Source: a virus. From it: a DNA stretch of 64,000 nt. Shown here one piece after another: positions 20,168-27,841 of this stretch; the stretch's first letter is position 1, and each line of letters starts with the position of its first letter. The position numbers and the translations under genes are program-made. The notes beneath the pieces were generated by a model. That model did not search any database, had not been told where the DNA came from, and saw nothing but the letters and a program-made list of their open reading frames with translations. The stretch spans positions 64,001 through 128,000 of IMG/VR virus record IMGVR_UViG_3300028840_005764; one strand, 5' to 3'.

Positions 20168-20255
20168 TGGCGGAAGGTAGAGGATTCGAACCTCTGGAGC
20201 TGTTACACCCGCTGGTTTAGCAAACCAGTGCCTTCAACCTCTCGGCCAACCTTCC
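20168..20255 (-). tRNA. tRNA-Ser(GCT)
   Basis: Loop TTGCTAA, long variable arm, GCCA end. Confidence 0.92.
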
Positions 20256-20395
20256 CTTGTATTATATTTGTGAGATTTTCTAATTCTTTGATTGTGAAAT
20301 CAATTATATCTACCATTTCTTGTTGTGTTTTGCCAAGGCACAGCTGCCTAGTGAAACATTCGATCATAATTTTTGCTTGTTTGGTCCCCATAGTT

Positions 20396-20470
20396 TGCCC
20401 CTGGAAGGATTCGAACCTTCACTGCGCGGTGCTTGAAACCGCTGTCTCTACCAAGTTGGACTACAGGGGC
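20396..20470 (-). tRNA. tRNA-Leu(CAA), short variable loop
   Basis: GCGGT-TTCAAGC-ACCGC, A73. Confidence 0.85.
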
Positions 20471-20487
20471 ATGATAACAAAAACAGC

Positions 20488-20584
20488 TTGACAATATCAG
20501 TGACTCAGTTATTATGGCGGCTTCGAAACACCGTAACCATCTTCTGCAGGCGCCCTGGAGAAACGTGGTTACGGTGTTTTGCTT
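20488..20584 (+). ncRNA. sigma70-like promoter followed by a long hairpin (candidate small RNA or terminator), antisense to the tRNA array
   Basis: TTGACA-N16-TATTAT at 20488-20515, then a 14-bp perfect stem AAACACCGTAACCA/TGGTTACGGTGTTT and a T-rich tail. Confidence 0.45.
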
Positions 20585-20659
20585 TGCCCACCCTGAGATT
20601 CGAACTCAGACTTTCACGGACCTGAACCGTGTCCCTCTACCAAGTTGGGGTAGGTGGGC
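20585..20659 (-). tRNA. tRNA-Leu(CAG), short variable loop
   Basis: CACGG-TTCAGGT-CCGTG. Confidence 0.85.
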
Positions 20660-20785
20660 TGGGGAAGGTACTGGTCGGATTCTCACCGGCGGTCCACCGA
20701 TAGGGCCATGGTGGTCACTCACCCAGTGCGTTACCGGGAGTTGCTTATTCTGGCCCATAGCGCGACCCGTCGCGCACGCAGTACC
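20660..20785 (-). ncRNA. Atypical tRNA-like RNA with 6-bp D stem and expanded anticodon arm
   Basis: GGTACTG/CAGTACC acceptor, GCGCGA-CGGG-TCGCGC D arm, GGGCCA/TGGCCC stem enclosing about 42 nt with an internal hairpin, T loop TGAGAAT, ends ...CCA. Confidence 0.5.
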
Positions 20786-20794
20786 ACAGGAAAT

Positions 20795-20894
20795 GCAGCA
20801 GCGGGACACCCCGGCGTCAGGATCTTGAGGCATCGGAACCGGGTCTAACATCCTCAAGTCTGTGTCCAGGCCACCTCGACCTCTCGACTGCTGC
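20795..20894 (-). ncRNA. Unassigned multi-stem structured RNA (about 100 nt)
   Basis: Nested stems GCAGCAG/CTGCTGC, GGACAC/GTGTCC and CTTGAGG/CCTCAAG between tRNA genes. Confidence 0.45.
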
Positions 20895-20896
20895 GA

Positions 20897-20981
20897 TGTG
20901 CGGGGGAGGATTCGAACCTCCATGTTTAGCCTGAGGCGGCAGGTTTACAGCCTGCTGGTTTCACCGTTCACCCACCCGCAC
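20897..20981 (-). tRNA. tRNA-Tyr(GTA)
   Basis: GCAGG-CTGTAAA-CCTGC, long variable arm. Confidence 0.85.
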
Positions 20982-20990
20982 ATAAATCAA

Positions 20991-21063
20991 TACTCGTGCA
21001 GGGATTCGAACCCCGAACATCCTGGTCCTAAGCCAGGCGCCTCTGCCGTTGGGCTACACGAGC
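20991..21063 (-). tRNA. tRNA-Leu(TAG), short variable loop
   Basis: CCTGG-CTTAGGA-CCAGG. Confidence 0.85.
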
Positions 21064-21190
21064 AAATGAGGTAATGAAATGTCGAAAGGAGGTAAAAAAT
21101 CAGGTACTGGCAGGATTTTGGCTACCTGCGGTATGGTCTCTTGACCCTGCTTTGTGGCAGTCGACACCCGTGCCGATCCGCAGTACCTTT

Positions 21191-21702
21191 CTAGAACTTC
21201 TTCCCTCTACGCGCTTGGTGCTTTTGCCAACGTTTCCTCTGGCGCTCGAGGAAATCGTTTTTCAATGGCGCGAGCTCCTCCAGCACGATGTGGGAAGAGG
21301 TTTGGCTATCTTCAGAAAAAACCAACACCGTATCTTGATTTATATACGTTGTTGATTCTTTACACCACATACATTCTTGTACCCTTATTCTCTGGTATTC
21401 GTCAATATAAACATTAAGCTGTGCGCCACAAACATTGCAATAATATTGTTTTGGTTCAATAGCTATCATTTCTTTTTCTCAATCTTTTTCATGACTTTCG
21501 CCATTCTTTTCTCTTGACCGTGAAAACATTTCATGATCTTTTTTAGTGCCTTTTTTGGGTTGTGGTGCATTATCTTACAATGTGTGCTTTGTTCTTCAGC
21601 TACCCATTTTTGATCTTTTTCGTGCCAGAAGACAGAGAATTGGTAGTTTTTTAAGAGAGGATATTTCACTACACAGGCTCCACATCCCAAGCGACCATAC
21701 AA
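21191..21702 (-). CDS. Two small hypothetical ORFs (21191-21469 CxxC; 21466-21702)
   Basis: ATGA-coupled ORFs. Confidence 0.45.
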
Positions 21703-22472
21703 GAGCCAGTGAGAGGAATCGAACCCCCAACATCTTCATTACAAGTGAAGCGCTCTACCGATTGAGCTACACTGGCATACTCAAAATCACCACGTTCGAT
21801 CGCCTCGAGATGTTTGATTGAAGGACGGCATTGGTTCAATGATTTGTTGTTGTTCAATACACTCGTTGCAATCTTCGAGATAATATCCGGATCCGTCCAA
21901 TATGACTGGCCTTTTTTCAATCTCAATTTCCGCACATGGTAACGGACAGCAGATTCTGACAGCTCTGTGACTCTGCAGATTTCTTTGACGGTAATTGTAC
22001 CTGATTTCCAGATTATACCCATTGCTCTGCATTTTATTTCGATTGCTTTTCTGCTTCTTCCAAGGCGTTTGGATGCATATTTCAATGGCATTCTTCCGGC
22101 GAGAAAAAGTAGTAAATCTTCTTCTTTTTTTGTCCATGGTTTTACCTTAATGCCATGTCTTGATGGCATTATTTGTGCTTTCAAACCAAGTTTTTGAAGT
22201 TTGGTCCCAACAGCATTAATAGATCTATTCAGTTTTTCTGATATTTGTTTTTTTGTATGTGTTGGTAGAAGTTTTTTTAGTTGTTGAATTTCTTCATCAG
22301 ACCACGGTGGATTATGTTTTAATTTTGCTATACCAAGTTGATTGACTTTGTTTTGTATTACTTTATGGCTTCTATCTAAAGCTTCTGCAATTTCTTTTAT
22401 TGATCTACGACCATGCCAATATCGTATGTAGTCGTATTCTTCTTCAGTGAATCTTCTTGAATTATCACCCAT
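21669..22472 (-). CDS. Tandem Myb/SANT-like HTH repeat DNA-binding protein
   Basis: Three repeats of [FW][TS]xEE..L.....I...L.RS..A[VI]. C-terminus reads through tRNA-Thr. Confidence 0.7.
   Translation of the reverse strand: MGDNSRRFTEEEYDYIRYWHGRRSIKEIAEALDRSHKVIQNKVNQLGIAKLKHNPPWSDEEIQQLKKLLPTHTKKQISEKLNRSINAVGTKLQKLGLKAQIMPSRHGIKVKPWTKKEEDLLLFLAGRMPLKYASKRLGRSRKAIEIKCRAMGIIWKSGTITVKEICRVTELSESAVRYHVRKLRLKKGQSYWTDPDIISKIATSVLNNNKSLNQCRPSIKHLEAIERGDFEYASVAQSVERFTCNEDVGGSIPLTGSCMVAWDVEPV
21704..21776 (-). tRNA. tRNA-Thr(TGT)
   Basis: CTTCA-CTTGTAA-TGAAG. Confidence 0.9.
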
Positions 22473-22619
22473 GATTATTCTTCACATTCATCGCAGATTT
22501 TTATATCTTTTTTAGCTTCTTTTTTTGTTAATTTATCACCGCAATATAAACAACATTTTGGATGTGGTCTATTGTAATCTTTTTTCTTTGTTTTCTTTTC
22601 CATTATTTTACTCGCAGTC

Positions 22620-22657
22620 CCAACCCGCCCCCTACTACAACTTCAGGGGCGGGTTGG
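22620..22657. terminator. GC-rich hairpin (terminator or processing stem)
   Basis: CCAACCCGCCCC...GGGGCGGGTTGG inverted repeat. Confidence 0.45.
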
Positions 22658-22720
22658 AATGTGCCCACGGAGGGGAAGGCACACATGCAGTATAACCGAG
22701 TCTCGTCTCATACAAAATGA

Positions 22721-22794
22721 TCCGGGTAGAAGGACTCGAACCTCCGACTTCCTGGTCCCAGGCCAGGAGCGCTACCAATCTGCGCCATACCCGG
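22721..22794 (-). tRNA. tRNA-Pro(TGG)
   Basis: CCTGG-CCTGGGA-CCAGG, C1-G72, A73. Confidence 0.85.
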
Positions 22795-22798
22795 TCGA

Positions 22799-22873
22799 TG
22801 TCCGTCCTGGGATTCGAACCCAGACTGGCAGCGCCCTCAACGCTGTTCCTCTACCTTGTTGGGATAGACGGAC
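22799..22873 (-). tRNA. tRNA-Leu(GAG), short variable loop
   Basis: CAGCG-TTGAGGG-CGCTG. Confidence 0.85.
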
Positions 22874-23126
22874 TAGAATGCCAGAGTTGGTGGTGTTCCA
22901 TTGGTGAAGTACTCATACCATTCTTCTAACCAATCTCTTCTCACATCATCTGGCTCAATTAATCTCCATGGTTTATTGCCTGTTTCTGGTTCTGGTGGCA
23001 TTAACTTACAACAGAACACAGGGCAATATCTGCATATTGCTGATTGTCCATATTCATTAATCTCATGTATATATAAACAATCTTCCGGACAATTATCAGG
23101 AAATTCTAATCCTTGAATATGCATTG

Positions 23127-23648
23127 TTATTCCTTTGGTCTTGGATATCTTTGTATTGATACACTTGCTTTTCTTCTTGTCTCATGTTCATAACATTTGA
23201 TGCAGATGCTGTGAGGCCAGTCGCCAACTCGTCTGAGTAGTGATACGAGACATGCGATTTCGGCTTTGGCGTTGTACGGTAGTAATATGTTTGGAGGCTT
23301 CTTGATGGTTATGGCTTTGCCAGTACTGCCGATGATTAGCAGCCCCCAGTTATCTGGGACTTCATGTTTTTCAATGATCCCCGCTGGTGCACAGTAGTAG
23401 CGGATTCTACCCATCCCCATCTCAGTCTTCTTCCTAAAGCTCTTTTTTTTGTCCTTTAGGAAATCAGATCTTGAGATCTTGCATTCAATAACTACGCTCA
23501 CATTGCTACCAAATGCAAGTACGTCTGGTGACTCACGTGTCGTGCTAACAATTTCTGTTATCACAACTGGATATTTTTTCTTGGCCCAGCGTGCAGCTTT
23601 TGCGATGACTTGTTCATGTGTGTAAGTGTACATGTATGTATATACCAC
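23127..23648 (-). CDS. PD-(D/E)xK nuclease-fold protein (MmcB-like)
   Basis: E.PDV...IECKISRSDF..D.KK, RYY..P, WGLL; C-terminal IQRYPRPKE. Confidence 0.7.
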   Translation of the reverse strand: MVYTYMYTYTHEQVIAKAARWAKKKYPVVITEIVSTTRESPDVLAFGSNVSVVIECKISRSDFLKDKKKSFRKKTEMGMGRIRYYCAPAGIIEKHEVPDNWGLLIIGSTGKAITIKKPPNILLPYNAKAEIACLVSLLRRVGDWPHSICIKCYEHETRRKASVSIQRYPRPKE

Positions 23649-23661
23649 AACGCTGAATTTT

Positions 23662-24225
23662 TTATTGAGTTTTTGGTCTTGGATATCTTTTTATTGGCCT
23701 GGGGTATCTTTTTATTTTTGCATTAAGTTCTTTTTTCTTACCGCCATTCCATAATTTGTTTTGACAAATATATCCTATAGTAGACAAATGCACTCCATAT
23801 ATTGATGCAATGTATTTTAATGTATTACCATGTGTACGTAGTGTCTTAATCTCTTCAACGTCTTGTTCAGATAATTTAGCACTTGGATTTTTAGAACCCA
23901 CTAATGAACGTTGATCAAGTATCATGTCATTCATATTATCTTGATGTGTGCCGATGATTAAATGTTTTGGGTTACAGCACAATGTATTATTGCATGTGTG
24001 TCGCACACACATACCACTTGGGATTGGTCCATTGACATCTTCATACACAAGTCTGTGGGCCCTATACCATTTGCGATGTTTTTTTGAATAGTATACTTTG
24101 AACTCACCATAGTAGTTGTTAGTGCGACCCGATCTGGACTTCGCACCAGTCCATAACCAACATTCGTTAGGACCGCGCTGTTCTATCTTCTCCCATATGC
24201 GTTTGTGTATCTCTTTGTCGATCAT
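23662..24225 (-). CDS. HNH homing endonuclease with C-terminal HTH
   Basis: CWLWTG, AHRLVY, VRHTCNN..CCNP.HL..GT..DN, AKL....V.EI. Confidence 0.9.
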   Translation of the reverse strand: MIDKEIHKRIWEKIEQRGPNECWLWTGAKSRSGRTNNYYGEFKVYYSKKHRKWYRAHRLVYEDVNGPIPSGMCVRHTCNNTLCCNPKHLIIGTHQDNMNDMILDQRSLVGSKNPSAKLSEQDVEEIKTLRTHGNTLKYIASIYGVHLSTIGYICQNKLWNGGKKKELNAKIKRYPRPIKRYPRPKTQ

Positions 24226-24322
24226 TGTTGACTCTTTCTACTTGTTGGTATCAATCTAATATACCACTAAAGTAAAAAGAATTCTTATACTTATGGGAGT
24301 TGAACTTCCGAGTCGAACCCGT

Positions 24323-24396
24323 TGCCACGGGAGGGATTCGAACCCTCACTTATGCGATTTTAAGTCGCATGCCTCTACCAGTTGGGCTACTGTGGC
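24323..24396 (-). tRNA. tRNA-Leu(TAA), short variable loop
   Basis: TGCGA-CTTAAAA-TCGCA. Confidence 0.87.
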
Positions 24397-24401
24397 GTGA
24401 A

Positions 24402-24534
24402 TCGGGAGAGGTGGAATCGAACCACCGACCTGGGAGCTCCATATGCTGAAGTGGCGTCTTAGTTCCATGTGTGAGGCACGAGCGTTAGTTTAGACGTCAC
24501 TTACATCCCCGCTCTACCACTGAGCTATCTCCCG
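24402..24534 (-). ncRNA. tRNA-Pro-like RNA with about 61-nt structured insertion in the anticodon loop
   Basis: Intact acceptor CGGGAGA/TCTCCCG-A, D and T arms; 68-nt anticodon loop containing GAACT-N10-TTCAGCATA. Confidence 0.75.
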
Positions 24535-24537
24535 AAA

Positions 24538-24680
24538 GGTGGACGGGCTAGGATTCGAACCTAGAAAAACTATGCTGAAACAACTTCTGAGTTCTCAATC
24601 GTATTGAGTGATGAAAGAAATTGTTGTTGCTTGCGTTGCTAGCTCTATAGGCTAGTGCCTTACCATTTGGCTACCCGTCC
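24538..24680 (-). ncRNA. tRNA-Tyr-like RNA (anticodon ATA) with about 60-nt structured insertion in the variable arm
   Basis: GGACGGG/CCCGTCC-A, CTAGC-CTATAGA-GCTAG; insert contains GAACT-N10-TTCAGCATA. Confidence 0.75.
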
Positions 24681-24681
24681 A

Positions 24682-24758
24682 TGGTGGGGGCAATAGGACT
24701 CGAACCTATAGCCATCTGCTTGTAAGGCAGACACTCTGCGCAATTGAGTTATGCCCCC
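24682..24758 (-). tRNA. tRNA-Val(TAC)
   Basis: TCTGC-CTTACAA-GCAGA, ACCA end. Confidence 0.9.
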
Positions 24759-24766
24759 ATGGGTTG

Positions 24767-24839
24767 TGGACCAGGGCGGAATTGAACCGCCGACTCGAGG
24801 CTCTTCAGGCCCCAGCTCTACCTACTGAGCTACCGGTCC
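24767..24839 (-). tRNA. tRNA-Phe(GAA)
   Basis: Loop CTGAAGA. Confidence 0.88.
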
Positions 24840-24896
24840 ACAAGATTCGTATTCAGTTTTCAAAGACTAAACATCAACGGATTGCCGAAGATGTTT

Positions 24897-24973
24897 TGGC
24901 GGGCCCAACGGGATTCGAACCCGTGTTACCGGCGTGACAGGCCAGCGTGCTAACCTGGCTACACTATGAGCCC
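24897..24973 (-). tRNA. tRNA-Asp(GTC)
   Basis: Loop CTGTCAC, GCCA end. Confidence 0.92.
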
Positions 24974-25422
24974 ATACCTACAGAATTCTGAGTTCCTTCC
25001 TACGAACCCATTGTTCTGTTCCATCCTTCCATCGAACCTTTACTGACTGCATCTTAGTAGTGCCTTTTCCATCTAGTACTCGACCGGTCTTACCGTTCTT
25101 ACGGTGCTCTACAATAGTCGAGCCGTGAGTCAGCCAGTGATATCTTCTTTTCCCATCACTCATGGCGTATGTCTTCTGACATCTTCTCTTCGTCTTTTTT
25201 TCTCTTCGCTCGTACCATGTGTTCGGGGATCGCTATCATCGACACACTGATCTGTGGCCCTTTCTCTCCGAACTTCCAAATCTCGTTCTGGATGATGGTA
25301 TGTAGCCGTCCGATCTCTTTCGGCGTAAACCATTCACAGTCCTGAGTTTCGGCACAGAAATGCACACGATGGTATAACGGCTCGTCTCTTTTTATGTTTT
25401 TCCCAATACCCACCACATCTCC

Positions 25423-25452
25423 TTTCAGAAGTACGGCGGGGTACTTCTGAAA
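25423..25452. terminator. Hairpin downstream of ORF 25456-26322
   Basis: TTTCAGAAGTAC-GGCGGG-GTACTTCTGAAA perfect 12-bp inverted repeat. Confidence 0.55.
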
Positions 25453-25455
25453 TTT

Positions 25456-26322
25456 TCAATCCACCCAGGCCACACCTTCCATGCGGCCCTCGTTGGACTC
25501 GGTATTGCGAATCACCTTGCGCCAGCTCTTGAACGACACCGTCTTGTGCTCCGGGTGCCGCACCTTCCCGCGCACGAAGATCTCCCGCCCCCTGATCGAG
25601 TAGCCATGCTCGAGGCGCACTCCATCAGCGACGATCAGCTCTTCTGCCACGTGCTGGTTCCCACCACCTCCACGTCTTCCTCGCCTGGCTGCGGCGATGT
25701 CGACTTTCCTTTGCACCAGGCCTTTGCCTACCGCTTCGTCGATATTGGCCTGCTCGTTGGCGTCCACGTTGAGGAAGAACCATTCTCCCTGGCGGATGGT
25801 ACGCCCCATCTGCTTGCCTTCGTACAGCCACACGGTCGGAGCCTTGAGTCTGTCGTGGGCCCGCTGGACCGTTGGTGCCGCTTCTGGCAGCTGGGCGATG
25901 AACAATTGTCTTTCGTCCACACCCAACAGAAAGTGGCGTTTGTTGCTCGATGTGCGCCGACGGACAACCACACGCCCCTTCTTCAGACGGCGCACGATGT
26001 CTCGCTGTGGCACTTCACGCGCGACGTACTGGCCCACCTCCTCGGTGAATTCCCGGGCCTTTTCGTGGACCATCAACACCAGTTGACTGAGTTTTTTGTC
26101 GGTGTTGATCACCTGGATGTTCACCTCTTCGCCAGGCCAGATCCTGAAGTATTCGCTGCGCCAGTTGCCCTTGATCTTGCGCTGGATGTCCATGCCGAAC
26201 ACAGCGCGGTTGACACCTCGGCCACCGACAGGATTGTCTGTGATTTCCAACTTGAGACCGGCCTTCGCGAATTGCGAGACCAGCGACTCGCACATGATTC
26301 TGAACTGACCCTTCATCAACAT
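25456..26322 (-). CDS. Hypothetical protein with RQGEWFF / H...HPEH motifs
   Basis: GC-rich 288-aa ORF with His-containing motifs suggesting metal binding. Confidence 0.7.
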   Translation of the reverse strand: MLMKGQFRIMCESLVSQFAKAGLKLEITDNPVGGRGVNRAVFGMDIQRKIKGNWRSEYFRIWPGEEVNIQVINTDKKLSQLVLMVHEKAREFTEEVGQYVAREVPQRDIVRRLKKGRVVVRRRTSSNKRHFLLGVDERQLFIAQLPEAAPTVQRAHDRLKAPTVWLYEGKQMGRTIRQGEWFFLNVDANEQANIDEAVGKGLVQRKVDIAAARRGRRGGGGNQHVAEELIVADGVRLEHGYSIRGREIFVRGKVRHPEHKTVSFKSWRKVIRNTESNEGRMEGVAWVD

Positions 26323-26337
26323 CTTGTGTCCTTTTGA

Positions 26338-26409
26338 CGAGCGGCTAAGGAATCGAACCCTACAGACGGTCGGGTTTGGAGCCCAACCCGCTTACCCAGA
26401 GCGCCGCCC
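26338..26409 (-). tRNA. tRNA-Trp(CCA)
   Basis: Loop CTCCAAA, T arm GGTTCGATTCC; D arm atypical. Confidence 0.75.
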
Positions 26410-26411
26410 AA

Positions 26412-26487
26412 TGGCTCCAGGGGTGGGGCTCGAACCCACGGCCAGCGACTTAACAGGCCGCCGCTCTACCAGCTGAGCTACCCTGGA
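26412..26487 (-). tRNA. tRNA-Asn(GTT)
   Basis: Loop CTGTTAA, GCCA end. Confidence 0.92.
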
Positions 26488-26850
26488 ACAGGCGCAGCTC
26501 TTACCAATTGAACGGGCTACTAAGTCGATCTGACCCGGACAATAAGTCCGAATATGGCAGAGAAAAGGAGGTTGTGGTTTGGACCATGAACGTGACGCTG
26601 GTTGTAGTTTTCATGGCATCCTCCTGTGGGATCATTCGATCCTATCACCCACCATCGGCAAAGCACAACTCAAAATATAATTATTTTCTAATTATTTTTG
26701 GCGATGGGGTTGGGGATAATGATTGTTGATTGGACTCTTCTTCAAGTTCTTGAGTACATTGCTCACAAACAACTATATGCATACCATCATAAGGCATGAA
26801 TTTATATGGAGGATTTCCGCATAATTCGCACGGCACTGCGCATTCAACAT

Positions 26851-27357
26851 TTATTTTGTCTGTTGCCATGGTTTCCCCTCATCAAGAACATGTTGTTGTA
26901 TTTCCTTGAACGTGACTTGTGGTTTTTCACCGGATTTAAACATAGTAGATGTCGGAGTTGGTTTTGTTATAGTAACTAGTTTTTTATCATGTGATGATTC
27001 TTCAGCTACGCATTGGCTATCCTGGCATTCGTGCATTACGGGACAGTCGCTATCCGATTGACATTCTCCCATGAATGCTCTGATTGCATCAGGTTCATCA
27101 GCTGCTGACACCGGCATCATAGGTGCCGCTGTATTCATTTGAAGTTTTATTTCATACATTAGATCTTTTAGTTCATCATGTTTTTCATTTAGTTTAGATA
27201 TTTCTTGTGTTGAATAATTAAATAAACTATGAAGCATTAATTCATTTTTACTGTCACTTTTGATTGCAGCTATTAATGCAGCTATTGCTGTAATCAATGC
27301 TGGTATAGATACTAGAATATTTTTTGAGCCGCTGACTTTTTTCTCCTTATCAGACAT
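26851..27357 (-). CDS. Membrane-anchored protein with Cys-rich CxSDxDC...C....C motif
   Basis: N-terminal hydrophobic helix, coiled coil, CQSDSDCPVMHECQDSQCV; RBS AAGGAGG. Confidence 0.65.
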   Translation of the reverse strand: MSDKEKKVSGSKNILVSIPALITAIAALIAAIKSDSKNELMLHSLFNYSTQEISKLNEKHDELKDLMYEIKLQMNTAAPMMPVSAADEPDAIRAFMGECQSDSDCPVMHECQDSQCVAEESSHDKKLVTITKPTPTSTMFKSGEKPQVTFKEIQQHVLDEGKPWQQTK

Positions 27358-27422
27358 ATCATCCCTCCTTGTGCTGATTTAATCGTTATAGTATCACAAT
27401 AAGTAATCAGTACCAGGAGTAA

Positions 27423-27495
27423 CGCGTCCGGCAGGATTCGAACCCGCGTAGTTCTGATTAGAAGTCAGATGCCTGATCCCCTAGGCTACGGACGC
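27423..27495 (-). tRNA. tRNA-Arg(TCT)
   Basis: TCTGA-CTTCTAA-TCAGA. Confidence 0.88.
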
Positions 27496-27575
27496 GAAAG
27501 AAGTGGTGATAGCCGCCCACATCACTATCACCCGCACAAGCCCCAACCGAACCAAATGCTTGCACATCCCTGTAA

Positions 27576-27649
27576 CACGCCCGGCAGGATTCGAACCTGC
27601 GACCTCCTGGCCCGCAACCAGGCACGCTATCCAACTGCGCTACGAGCGC
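27576..27649 (-). tRNA. tRNA-Arg(GCG)
   Basis: CCTGG-TTGCGGG-CCAGG. Confidence 0.85.
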
Positions 27650-27841
27650 TCGTCTTCGTCGATGAAGACTGTATTTTTTGGAAGTTTTTTTAGACTGAAT
27701 GGTAACTCTTGATGATAATCCTCTGGTGGGAAAATACCCACAGGTATAAGAGTTTGTGTTGTAGCTGTCATCACTTCGTGGTCACCATACCCATCTTCGA
27801 TGAGTTCAGTGATTCTTTGGTGTAGTTCCGATAGTGTCATT

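Noticed and set aside
20660-20894. tmRNA, SRP or 6S assignment for the structured RNAs
   Set aside because: No Ala-type acceptor or tag ORF, no SRP GGAA domain-IV loop, and no 6S central bubble recognised.
19872-21074. Short ORFs over the tRNA genes
   Set aside because: They are translations of tRNA sequence (e.g. EVRIL, GGSNP) with no coding evidence.
24402-24680. Group I or group II introns in the two tRNAs
   Set aside because: Inserts of about 60 nt are far too short for self-splicing cores, and I could not see a clear bulge-helix-bulge either.
26490-26560. tRNA-like fragments (also 24292-24320)
   Set aside because: Only isolated D-arm or T-arm-like pieces; no cloverleaf or shared module could be built.
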